A DNA stretch of 64,000 bases from Squalus acanthias (taxonomy: Eukaryota): NCBI GenBank assembly GCA_030390025.1, contig JASTWF010000036.1:2854001-2918000 (forward strand), written 5' to 3'. Below the pieces are notes generated by a model. The model did not search any database and was not told the origin of the DNA. It saw only the letters and a list, made by a program, of their open reading frames with translations. Below, one piece after another: positions 37,684 through 48,967 of the stretch. The number at the start of each line of letters is the position of its first letter. The first letter of the stretch is position 1. The position numbers and the translations under genes are program-made.

Positions 37684-38614
37684 ATGTACCAATTCACACC
37701 CATTGATTAGAATTTCTTTCTACTCCACGTATATATCAATCCCCATCCAAGCACAATGTCTTCGCCAGTTATCTGATATATGGGTTTTAATAATCATTGA
37801 ACAACCCAACAACACGAGCTAGCCCGTTGTGTAAGGTACCATTTTTTGGGAGGCAACACATCACTTCTGTTGCTCGGACTGAATGGCTTGTGGTCAAAGA
37901 TGTGGAAACTGGTCATTTTAATCCAGTTGCAATCCTGATCCAGGACTGCCCAAAATTCAGATTCAGGCGTAACATTTTCCGACAAACTAGTTATCTATTT
38001 ATCAGGACTGCATATAACAACAAAATCTGGAACTGATCAACCCCTAGCAACAGTTTCGGCTTCCCCTGTAAATGAAACCTTTGTGCAGAGAGGCAGTGGC
38101 TGGGAATTAGCTTAAACGGTTTGCGAGGGCAGGGTTTGCCCATGTATCCTGATGTTTTAGTATCCACAGAGATTTTGTCCCATCTTGTCAGTAGAAAATC
38201 CTGACAAGCACGTATTGTAAATCAACCGTTTCAGCCAGAAATAGGATCCCCCGCCCCCAACCCCCGGGTGTCGGGTTCCTGAGCTGCATCAAGCCCAATT
38301 ACAGCAGAACGCAAAAGTGCTGGCTGATTGATACGTCAAGTTGTCAGGATGAAATATATTGTGAATCTGGCCAGTTCAATCAGCACTTTTATCCTAATGT
38401 CACTTCCCAGCCCTTTGTGTTCATTAGGCACAAGAGGACCATATCCCATGATCCTCACTTGAAGGACCCTGACAATAAATGTGTGCGTTTTTCTTTAACA
38501 AAAAAGGTAGCCCAATATTCAACTACCTCCTCAGTGCTGCTCAAGAGTTACGATTTCATGTTTGTGTCGTGTATGGAATATAAGGTGTAAAGTACAAATT
38601 TATTGATGCCCGTG

Positions 38615-38990
38615 TCTTAGTGTGTAAGTGGCCTGGTGTTGTGCTGCACCATGCAGACCAGAAAGGTCCTAAATTTCGGCCCCAGTCCGTGTTGAGTTTA
38701 CTGATCTCATCTGGGATGGTAATTAATGCGCTACAATTAGCTTCAACGCCCCCGAGATAAGGATGGGAAAAATCGGCCAGGGTTCCCACTCCGGATCACT
38801 ATTGAACCTCTGCTGGAAGGTGTGTGTGTGGGGCTCAACTGTGATGCCCTCCACAATTAAGTAGCCTGTAGAAACTCATCATGTAAGCTATCACATGAGG
38901 GATGGCCAATTGATAAAAGTTACCCAAGGTGCTGCTGGTGCCTGTGGAACCCTATTACATCTTGAATCAGTACCTCCAAGAGAGATGGGG
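38615..38990 (+). mobile_element. LF-SINE-like copy
   Basis: CAGACCAGAAAGGTCC...GTTGAGTTTACTGATCTCA...CTACAATTAGCTTCAACGCCCC...AAAATCGGCCAGGGTTCCCACTCCGGATCACTAT...CTGTGATGCCCTCCACA. Confidence 0.65.
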
Positions 38991-39349
38991 AGGATATTGG
39001 CAAAATAAAGGTCCACTTGCACTACAACATGAAGTGGTAGGACATGGGCTTGGACCCTCCTCAAATGGGATGTTCCCAGTCTCAGGTGTGTCATTGCAGA
39101 GAGTTGTTCTGCAGGACCAAGGTGCCTCCCACCGGGATAGGTTCCGAAAATTAAAAGTGTCACCCCAGGTCAATCTTGCACACCTCCCAGTGGCTGTCCC
39201 ACATTATCAGAGCAACTGCTTGGTGCCTCAGACAGGGAATTGGGTGTGACACGTGGAGTTGAAGGGTGTCCTTTATCTATAGGTACCAGTTTGAGATTAG
39301 TGCCTACCTACAGTGATGCAGGGCCGTCAAATCCAAGTTATACTGGCTC

Positions 39350-40060
39350 CTGACGGCAACAGTGGAAGCAGTTGGTATTGATGAATTCAAATGCAAATTA
39401 GATAGATTTATTTCAGAAAATAACATTTTGGGATACAGTATTTGAGTAATTTGAGACATGACGTGGTAAGTGTAGCATGCTTGGGAGGAACTTCTGACTT
39501 TGGACTTAAGGTTTCCAAAGCTCTCCACCACTGGGGGTTTTCCTCACCTCATGTCTGGGTCTGTTGTAAACTAATTGATAGAAGGCTGAAGGGTGACCTG
39601 ATAGAAGGGTTTGAAAGGGTAGACATAGAGAAGACTTGCGGGTGAGACCAAAACTAGGGGCCATAAATATACAATAGTCACTAATAAATCTAATAGGGAA
39701 TTCAGGAGAAACTTCTTTACCCAGAGAGTGGTTAGAATGTGGAACTCGCTACCACAGGGAGTGGTTGAGGCAAATAGCACAGATGCATTTAAGGGGAAGC
39801 TGGATAAACGCATGAGGGAGAAAGGAATAGAAGGTTATGTTGATGGGGTGAGATGAAGAGGTTCGTGTGGAGCATAAACACCAGCATGGACCAGTTGGAC
39901 CAAATGGCCTGTTTCTGTGCTGTTAATTCTATGATAGAGATTGATTGCTATGATTGGTCAACAACTCCATTATTGTTCTATCATGCGGCTACCAGGATGG
40001 TAGAAGGCAAATTTGATGGACCTTGGTCTTTTTTCATCTAGCAATTCCTATGTTCCTATA
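39350..40060 (+). mobile_element. CR1 3' end with a second CR1 fragment (39583-39931) nested in its 3' UTR
   Basis: Inner copy RRLKGDLIE...AACTTCTTTACCCAGAGAGTGGTTAGAATGTGGAACTCGCTACC flanked by 7-bp TSD TGATAGA; outer copy ends TTCCTATGTTCCTAT. Confidence 0.75.
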
Positions 40061-40469
40061 CTGACAGCACCACATCACTCACTGGCTAGGGAAAATGGAG
40101 CCTTGCATTTGGGTGCTTGCACAGAGTCCCCCTCACTGGGATCTGGATGCTGCTTAAATTTAATGTTAGAAGGAAGCTGATGGGACAGCATAAGATTATA
40201 AATGGAGCTGGAAACATTTTTAAACTTTCTTTTGCACTGGTTGTCAGAGTGAGACCAAAGCAGAGTTAGACTACTTTCTGGAAGTGGTCTCACACCACTT
40301 GCCACAATTGGATTAGGGAGACCCGCATGCAAATTATAGCACACATTTTGCATCAATGCAAAATTGAAAATGATTACATCAAAGTAAATTGTATGTTATA
40401 AATGGCCTGTTCAACTCAATGTTGTTTTGAGAAAGAACAGACTTTTTACAGTGCCATATCATTTTTTTT

Positions 40470-40748
40470 TAGGACATCTCAAAGCGCTTTACATTCAATA
40501 AATTCCTTTTTTTAAGTATAGTCACTGTTGTTATGTGGGTAAATGCAGAAGCTAGTTTGGACACAGCAAGGTACCACAAACAGTAAGTGAGATAAATGAC
40601 CAGATAATCTGTTTTTGGTGATTTTGGTTGAGGGAGGAATCTTGACCAGGACACCAGGTGAAGTCCCTGCTCTTCTTTGAATAGTGTCATGGGATCAATT
40701 TTTATATCTACGTGACCCACCAGAACAGGGAGCTGAGCCTCGGTTTAG
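40470..40748 (-). mobile_element. DeuSINE fragment
   Basis: Colinear with the 26426 and 53595 copies. Confidence 0.7.
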
Positions 40749-40844
40749 TGTGTTTTGGTCATGGCGCAAGCTTAAGTGACAATACGATATCGAAAGTGTG
40801 AGTGGAACAGCTCTGTTCACCACACTAGAGGACATGGGACAGGG

Positions 40845-40952
40845 CAAGAAAGTGGAGTTGATGTAGAAGATCAGCCATGATCTTATTGAATGGCAGAGCA
40901 GGCTCGAAGGGCCAAATGGCCTACTCCTGCTCCTATTTCATATGTTCTTATG
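40845..40952 (+). mobile_element. CR1 3' terminal fragment
   Basis: AGATCAGCCATGATCTTATTGAATGGCAGAGCAGGCTCGAAGGGCC...TATGTTCTTATG, as at 3915-4004. Confidence 0.85.
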
Positions 40953-41517
40953 TGTGACAGACTTAAGAACGTCTTACTACATGAAGGGACGTTTTAGAGA
41001 AACAAGACACTGCTGAAGAGGGAAATTCACAGTCAGTCTGATTCCAGGACTCACATAATCATATTCTTTTGCAATTACATCTTATTCAATTGAGAAGAGA
41101 TTTAGATTACTTAAACCACAAACAATTTAAAGAGACGTGATCATTTTGTTCGTCTACTTGAGAGTAGCTATCCAAACCTACAAGCCTCTGTATTTACAAA
41201 TCCCAGCTCTGACAGGGGATTTAAAGTGTTGGAATTACATTTCATAAGAGATACCAGCTGTGCCTTAGCAATCAACCAGCACTAGTATTAAATGACTCAT
41301 AAATTTTTACAATACAGTGAAACATTCAAATTGATTTTTTCTTCCCATTAAAAAAATAAAGAACTTAAAAGGGGCACGAGCAATTTGTACTCAGACTATT
41401 GAGATAACGTAGAGATCATGCCCTCAGAATCAAAATAATAGGGACAGGAAGACTAACTGAGATTAACCACAGACTCCTGCATTCTCCAAAGAGTTCACAC
41501 AAAACTATGGAGTCATA

Positions 41518-42053
41518 GGGAGAAAAATTCAGTTGGTTGCGCCTCCTGTTAGCGCATTAAGAGAGCGCTAATGGGGCGCAAAGCATCTAGCGCCCGGGCG
41601 CAGCGATGTTTGCGCCGCTCACGAAATTAACTAGACATTTTGCGGCGGCGCTAAACACTACCGCCACGATCTCCTGCGCCGGCAGATCGTGACGTCAGTC
41701 GAGTGCGCAACGCTCCGGTAGCGCCCCGGAGTGGATATTGAGTGGCGCCCCCTGCCTTACTGCCTGCCGCTAGCAACGACAGGTTGAGGGGAGCGTTTTG
41801 CAGTCAGGAAGGGACTGGGGGAGCACTATTTAAAGGCGACTGCTTCCTGCCTTTTATTGTTGGTCATGATGTGGAGATGCCGGTGTTGGACTGGGGTGGA
41901 CAAATGTGAGAAGTCGCACAACACCAGGTTATAGTCCAACAGCTTTATTTGAAATCACAAGCTTGTGATTTCAAATAAAGCTGTTGGACTATAACCTGGT
42001 GTTGTGCGACTTCTCACATTTATTGTTGGTGGTATTTTTGAACCACGCATTCT

Positions 42054-42084
<31 letters not shown>

Positions 42085-42584
42085 CTGGAGAGATTCAACG
42101 CTGTGTGAAGGAGTTTTGGGTACTGAGCAGCACTTTGCAGGTTCATTTTGATTTGCCCTTCCTTGTATCGATTTAGAAGAGACTGTGGGGGTTGCACTCT
42201 GAGCTCTTTCCCTGGGCCTCTCCATTGTTCTTTCCAGCAGATTTGATCTACAGGTCTCCAGGCCGAGATTCAAGGCTGCAATGAGCAGGATGTGGATGGA
42301 AAGCAAGATCAACCCTCCCCTTTAAGAACTGGCCGGCGCCATTGTGTGTGTGTTCCATTGCTGACTGACATCACATGAACTTCGCCAGCGCTCTGAGGTA
42401 GCGCCTCGCTCATCGGCCTTTGCGCCTTAAGACAGGTGTGAAGCGCCTGATTTAGCGCTCCAATCACCTCCAGCGGCGATAAAAGTCAAGTTTGCAGTCG
42501 GAGGCGATAATTAGCGCCAGGCGCTAATCTTTGCACCCGGCCGATAATTGCGCCCCAAATGGGGCGACACTGAATTTCTCCCCC
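41518..42584. mobile_element. GC-rich non-autonomous TIR element (same family as 25381-25705), probably Harbinger-derived
   Basis: TIRs GGGAGAAAAATTCAGT and ACTGAATTTCTCCCCC; 3-bp TSD ATA; contains a Penelope insertion and a (GA)n run at ~42054-42080. Confidence 0.75.
41865..42021. mobile_element. Penelope-like mini-insertion (family A) with a perfect 120-bp palindrome
   Basis: 41902-41961 is the exact reverse complement of 41962-42021; TSD (TTT)ATTGTTGGT. Confidence 0.85.
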
Positions 42585-44165
42585 ATAGAGTCATAGAGTT
42601 ATACAGCACAGAAAGAGGCCCTTCGGCCCATCGGGTCCACGCCAGCCATCAAGCCCTGTCTATTCTAATCCCATTTTCCAGCACTTGGTCCGTAGCCTTG
42701 TATGCTATGGCGTTTCAAGTGCTCATCTAAATGCTTCTTGAATGTTGTGAGGGTTCCTGCCTCTACCACCCTTTCAGGCAGTGAGTTCCAGATTCCAACC
42801 ACCCTCTGGGTGAAAAAGTTTTTCCTCAAATCCCCTCTAAACCTCCTGCCCCTTACCTTGAAACTATGCCCCCTGGTTATTGACCCCTCTACTAAGGGGA
42901 AAAGTTCATTTCTATCTACCCTATCTATGCCCCTCATAATTTTGTACACCTCAATCAGGTCCCCCCTCAGCCTTCTCTGCTCTAAGGAAAACAACCCCAG
43001 CCTGTCCAGTCTCTCTTCATAGCTGAAGCACTGCAACCCAGGTAACATCCTCGTGAATCTCCTCTGCACCCTCTCCAATGCAATCACATCCTTCCTATAG
43101 TGTGGCGACCAGAACTGCACACAGTATTCCAGCTGTGGCCTAACTAGCGTTTTGTACAGCTCCATCATAACCTCCCTGCTCTTATATTCTATGCCTCGGC
43201 TAATGCAGGCAAGTATCCCATATGCCTTCTTAACCACCTTATCTACCTGTCCTGCTGCCTTGAGGGATCTATGTACATGCACACCAAGGTCCCTCTGATC
43301 CTCTGTCCTTCCTAGGTACCTACCATTCATTGTGTATTCCCTTGTCTTGTTAGTCCTCCCAAAATGCATCACCTCACACTTTTCAGGGTTAAATTCCATT
43401 TGCTACTGTTCTGCCCATCTGACCAACCCATCTATATCGTCCTGTAGCCTGAGGCTTCCCTCCTCGCTATTTACCACCCCACCAATTTTCGTGTCATCTG
43501 TGAACTTACTGATCATACCTCCTACATTCATATCTAAATCATTAATGTACACTACAAACAGCAAAGGACCCAGCACCGATCCCTGCGGTACACCACTGGA
43601 CACAGGCTTCCAGTCACAAAAACAACCTTCGACCATCGCCCTCTGCCTCCTGCCACTAAGCCAATTTTGGATCCAATGTGCCAAGTTGCCCTGGATCCCA
43701 TGGGCTCTTACCTTCTTGACCAGTCTCCCATGCGGGACTTTGTCAAAAGCCTTACTGAAGTCCATGTAGACCACATCAACTGCACTACCTTCATCCACAC
43801 ACCTAGTCACCCCCTCGAAAAATTCAATCAAATTGGTCAGACATGATCTCCCCCTGACAAAGCCATGCTGACTATCCTTGATTAATCCTTGCCTCTCCAA
43901 GTGGAGACTAATTCTGTCCCTCAGAATTTTTTCCAATTATTTCCCTACCACTGATGTTAGGCTCACTAGCCTATAATTCCCTGGTTTATCCCTACTACCC
44001 TTCTTGAATAATGGTACTACGTTAGCTGTTCTCCAGTGCTCTGGCACCTCCCCTGTGGCCAGAGAGGTTCTGAAAATTTGTGTCAGAGCCCCTGAAATCT
44101 CCTCCCTTGCCTCACACAGCAGCCTGGGATACATCTCGTCTGGGCCTGGGGATTTATCCACTTTT
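42585..44165 (-). mobile_element. CR1 LINE 3' fragment (same subfamily as 10130-11420)
   Basis: ORFs 43937..44161, 43403..43936 and 42665..43399 carry the RT motifs; (CATAGAGT)n tail. Confidence 0.95.
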
Positions 44166-44465
44166 TATCCACTTTTAATTCTCGTAGTTCTTTGCAACTG
44201 TTCTTCAATGAGGCAATACTACTAATCAGTATGAGGATCAAGTCAACGGAGAACATGCTTTGTATTCTCTTTGAAGCCTCAATATCACTTTTTTTTTGAG
44301 GTCCAAGCATCTGAAGTGCAAATAGCTGGGCCACTATAAAGGAAGCCTTTCCCTTTACTGTTGATGAAAAAGTAATTTTGTTTTATAACCACAGTAGAAA
44401 AACGGTGGCCAAACTTAAAAATTTCCAAAGTAACACGTCATTTCCGCGGCATATTAAAACTACAA

Positions 44466-45448
44466 GTAAAAAGAAAGACTTGCATTTGTATAGCGCATTT
44501 CACGACCACCAGATGTCTCAAAGCGCTTTACAGCCAATGAAGTACTTTTGAAGTGTAGGGCTGAATTTTGCCAGCCCTGGGGAGGCGGGTTTGGCGGCAG
44601 GACTGCCGGGAAAATGGCAGAATCTGGAGGCGGGTACCCATCTCGCCCCCAACCCGCCTCCGTGCCATCTTCCCAGGAGGCGGGTAGCCGACCCGCGCCG
44701 AGTCCCGTCTCCTGGAGGCGGGAAGTGGATTACAGCCACTTAACTGCCTGTTAACAGGTAGTTAACAGGCAGTTAAAAGGATTATCCCCATTTTTCCACC
44801 AGAGGCGCGGGCTTCCCAACGTCAGGAAACCCCGCCAGGGTCACCGAGGCGAGCAGTGGGTCTGTGGGGGTCGAAGGGGTGCAAAAGTGCGCTGTGGAGG
44901 TAAGTGATGGGTGCAAGTGTGGAGAGGTAAGTATGTGAGGTGAGTGGAAAGTGATAGAAAATGTTTACTTACCTTTGTTTCTTCCTGCAGGCTTCAACAG
45001 TTAGGGATACAGAAACTTTCGCATCTCACCGGCAGAGATGACAGATGGCTGCTGCATTCTCCGATGCAACAGCCATCTGATTTCTGCTCACAAAAGAGGT
45101 TTGATGAGTCTTGAATACAAGAACTCATCAAACAACAGAGAATGTCAGTGTTTGACAACTTCACAGAGCTGTCAAACGATGACAATTCATCTGTTGAAAA
45201 TTTTTGACAGATGAAACGTCATACGCTGACGTTCTCTGTAACCGGCTTCCCCTTAATTGGCCTGCTAAGCCTGCTGGGCGGGCTTAACAAGGTCAATCAA
45301 GGGAAAATAGTGTGGGTTGGCTACAAGTCAATGGAGGCAGGACCAAAACCCGACAAGTGGGAGTCCTGCCTCCAAAAGCTCCCCATTGACAAAATACAGC
45401 CCGTAGTCACTGTTGTAATGTAGGAAACGCAGCAGCCAATTTGCGCAC
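44466..45448 (-). mobile_element. DeuSINE 3' fragment split by the 44558-45402 insertion
   Basis: TTTTGAAGTGTA|...|GTAGTCACTGTTGTAATGTAGG rejoins into the consensus seen at ~51210-51242. Confidence 0.8.
44558..45402. mobile_element. 845-bp non-coding Harbinger-type element tiled with hairpins
   Basis: TIRs GGGCTGAATTTT and AAAATACAGCCC; TSD GTA proven by the interrupted SINE; subterminal block 45245-45310 homologous to 45675-45740 and 49088-49155. Confidence 0.8.
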
Positions 45449-45831
45449 TTGGAAGGGAAGAGAACCTCCCTGCGTGCTGTGACTACCTCCATAAGCATGT
45501 GGAGGGAGTCATTGGAGAGCCTGGGTACAAGTGTTCACCTTTGTGCAGTGATTGTCAGTGTTTGCAGCACCTCAGTGCTGTCAAACACTGACAGATCAAC
45601 TGTCAAAATAAAATTGTGCATGGTCCCTTTAAGGAAACCGGCAGATGACGCGTCATCAAATGACATCATCAGACCCGCTTCCTGTTAATTGGCTGGTAAG
45701 CCCGCAGGGCGGTCTTAACAAGGCCAATCAAGGGAAAATCACGTCTGCAGAGCGGAGGCAGCTGGGGCGGGACCGGAACCCGGAAACCAGCTGACCCGCA
45801 CCATCCCGCCTCCAGAATTAAATTCGCGGCC
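45449..45831 (-). mobile_element. Harbinger-type element, partial copy C (one end plus start of Myb exon)
   Basis: Colinear with 48865-49228; ends AAATTCGCGGCC. Confidence 0.75.
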
Positions 45832-47532
45832 ATAATATTGCTGTTGAATCCCACATTAGTAAAAGCATGCACAGTGTGCAGTACAAAATTCTTGTTTAAA
45901 TGTGATAAAGTGCTTATAATCAGACCAAACTGTAACAGTTTCAATTATTATATCCATCATTGTCAATGAAATGTGTCTGGTTATCAATCTTTATGTTGGC
46001 CACCAATTCCCAGCCTTAATTTATCACGTACCTGGACAATAAATGTGTAATTTGACAATTTAAAAAATAAAAATGGAGTAATTCATCTTATCTCTCAATC
46101 AGTGAAACCTTAATTTCAGTCTTTCTCCTACAATTTACTTTGTTTTTTTATTCAGATAATCATTTGTTCTAAATTGAGCCCATCATACTCAATCTGTACT
46201 TTTATCACTGGATGTGTGTGATGGCATAATATCTGCATGTATCAATGGGCACAGTTGCTGAATAGTTTCAGTTTAAGACGCACATCACTCAGGCAAATCC
46301 TATCACTCTACAAACCACCATTCCTTCATGCATAGTGCTCACAAAGCAAACTACTAACCCTCCACCAAACTCTTGATGAACTAGAAATGTCACTACAATG
46401 TTGCGGTCATTTCAAAATCCGTAACATGAAACAAGTCTATTCACCAGTTAGCTGCTCCAGATCTGTCAAGGTGCTTCTCATCAGTAGCTTCCTTCCAACT
46501 CCTCCCGTGATCATGGGTGTGCTCCTCTGCAGATTCTCCCCAGCTCCGCCTGTGGTCCAAGGGGTCTCTCACCAGCAGCTACCTTCTAGCTCCTTCTGTG
46601 GTCACCAGACAATTCCATGGACCTCCTCCCACAAGAACTTTCTAGTAGCGGTCTCTCATTGAGCAGCCTGGCCTTTTTCAGCAGCTGTCCCAAGAACACT
46701 ACACACAAGAGTTAGTGAGACAGCCTTTAGAACAGCTCTAACACAATTGCATCATTGGAAGCTGCTGAATACTATACCATCTTCCACATAAGTGTACAAT
46801 GATCCTTGCTACAAATAAACACAACATGCTACAGTAGAGTAGAATTCATTATTTGCATTTCAGATGTACTGCATTTGATTCAAAATTGAGTTAAAAAATA
46901 TAGACTGAACTAAACCAGAGGATATTATTGTTAATTAGAATGTGCTGTAACCTTTCAATGTTGGGTGGTCTTGATGGTGAGACTGACTTGTTATTTCTCA
47001 CAAATTGCACTAATTTTAATTAAGATCAGATCAAATCCATTTCTTAAGAGGCAGAGGATACTCCATACCGATTTACTGAAAACAGAATTGATCTGACAAG
47101 TGAATGGAATTCAAGTAACGCACGAGTACCACAGGCACAAATCCATCTTCGAGCTCCCACTCATAAGTAGATTAATTCCATATATAAAAAGACCCATCTT
47201 TGAGCATTCTGTTCACATTGTAAGTGCAGTCTAAATATGGAGTACTAAATTATGAATTTGATTTTAATCTGGACCCCATTACCGCCTTCTGTAAACCAAA
47301 AAAAATCTCTGCTCATCAGGCAAGGGGTTTTAGCGTTGGGGAAATTAAGGCCGGAATTTTCCGGGAGGTCAGCGGGCGGGATCGGTGGTAGGTAAGGTGG
47401 GAAATTTGATTTTTTTTTTGACAGCGGGTCAGGACTCCGCTGTCAACCCGCCTTTCCCAATGTTGGGTCTGTCAGCGCTGAGCAGGCCCGACAGGCAGCG
47501 GTGGGCAACCCAATTAAACTCATTACCATCTA

Positions 47533-47677
47533 TGAGAAGTCGCACAACACCAGGTTATAGTCCAACAGATTTATTTAAAATTACAAGCTTTCGGAGCGCT
47601 GCTCCTTCCTCAGGTAAAGTTGTGCGACTTCTCATTTTTGTCCACCCCAGTCCAACGCCGGCATCTCCGCATCATGA
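47533..47677. mobile_element. Penelope-like mini-insertion (family A) with internal inversion
   Basis: 13-bp TSD TCATTACCATCTA (47520-32, 47678-90); TGAGAAGTCGCACAAC occurs in both orientations. Confidence 0.85.
47581..47617 (-). ncRNA. Minimal type I hammerhead ribozyme motif
   Basis: UUAC-CUGAGGA-A-GGAGC AGC GCUCC-GAAAG-CUU-GUAA. Confidence 0.78.
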
Positions 47678-48013
47678 TCATTACCATCTAGTTGACAATG
47701 ATCATTAACAGGCTTTTTTAAATTACCTTGTAACTTTAACTTCATGGCCACGGGAACCACGGCTTTCAACCTGAGGCAGGAGTTCAGTGGCCATTGCTCC
47801 AGCTGATTACTTGACCGCTTTAAATGTACAGTAAAAGCTCCCACCTGACAGATCATCACTTTCCTCAGCCACAAGCTGTTTCTCAGTCCATTTCCAGCAC
47901 AGATTCTGCAGGCTTTCCACTCTCCATCCATTCATACCTCATTGGAAGAACTCTCTCACCATTGAGAGAATGCTTCCGTCATCTCTACTTCACCTGCCAT
48001 CTATTCCATCAAC

Positions 48014-48230
48014 ATGGGTGCCCTTTATACTGTCTCACCTTGGTCCTCGGAATCCCACCACGATCAGCCCCAACACCAGCAGCACCAGGCACACCAGCAG
48101 CAACAACAACAACACCAACCTTCTCTGCAATCAACTGATGCTGCACAGGACACAGGGCATCAGCACCCGAGCACATTGCTGCCCGGGAGGCCAGGGATGG
48201 CCTCACCATGGCCAGATTTACTTCACTTGA
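48014..48230 (+). pseudogene. Probable Harbinger transposase remnant (N-terminal Q/H-rich leader joined out of frame to C-terminal helix; DDE core absent)
   Basis: MGALYTVSPW...QHQQHQAHQQQQQQHQP, then in another frame HIAAREARDGLTMARF, resembling HARBI1-type C-termini; same junction in copy A (~18465-18685, -). Confidence 0.5.
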
Positions 48231-48730
48231 CGCTGCACACCCGGGCTGCCACATGATGCACCAGGTTGGCACCACCCCACACCAACAACATAAAGCATCC
48301 CTACAATGTCCAAGCCATTCCTTTCACACTCACCACCATTGCGGGGGGGGGGGGTACCGTTATGTCTCACCATTCACTGCAACTCACTAAACCACTTCCA
48401 GAGGTGCACACAAATCTGTCCAAGAACGCAAAGTGTTGAAAATAAAGGTTTCAATGTTTGACAGCACACTAACAGAAACTTTACATGAACATTGGCTAAA
48501 ACACCCAAGCGGCTACCCTCCTGTGTTGTTAGTTGGTATGATTGCACTAGGATGAGTGTGAGGGGTGGCTAGTGAGATGGGGATGTGATAATGTAGATAG
48601 AGAGGGATGGGTGGAGGTGCAAGGTAAGTTGGTGTGAGGATGTGCAGGAGTAGGGTAGGGAAGGCAGAGTGATGGGGATGTGATGAGAGGCACAGCAGGA
48701 CGAAGGTGAGTGTGGCTTTGTACTAACGTT

Positions 48731-48967
48731 TCATGATCCATTGAGATCACTGAAAGGTTTGTGCCACTGCACCCAGGTCCTCCTGACAACATCCCTGCTT
48801 GTGACCTCCTCTGCAATGTGCAACCAGGCTATGTTGGTCTCCTGGGGAGGTCTCTTCCGCCCATTGGAAGGGAAGAGGACCTCCCTGTGTGCTCTGACTC
48901 CCTCCATAAGCATATGGAGGGAGTTGTGGGAGAACCTGGGTGCAGCCCTGCACCTCTGTGCAGTCAT
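48731..48967 (-). CDS. Harbinger Myb/SANT-like DNA-binding domain (78 aa, open)
   Basis: MTAQRCRAAPRFSHNSLHMLMEGVRAHREVLFPSNGRKRPPQETNIAWLHIAEEVTSRDVVRRTWVQWHKPFSDLNGS: F-S, LF, AW..IA..V, RT..Q....F.DL pattern of Myb_DNA-bind_5. Confidence 0.75.
   Translation of the reverse strand: MTAQRCRAAPRFSHNSLHMLMEGVRAHREVLFPSNGRKRPPQETNIAWLHIAEEVTSRDVVRRTWVQWHKPFSDLNGS

Noticed and set aside
10130..44165. Large inverted duplication between 10130-11420 and 42585-43880
   Set aside because: Two independent insertions of the same young CR1 subfamily with different 5' truncation points; flanks are unrelated.
46440..46720. GC-balanced coding-like stretch (similarly 58590-58760)
   Set aside because: Stops in plausible frames and no family recognised; needs a BLASTX search before any claim.
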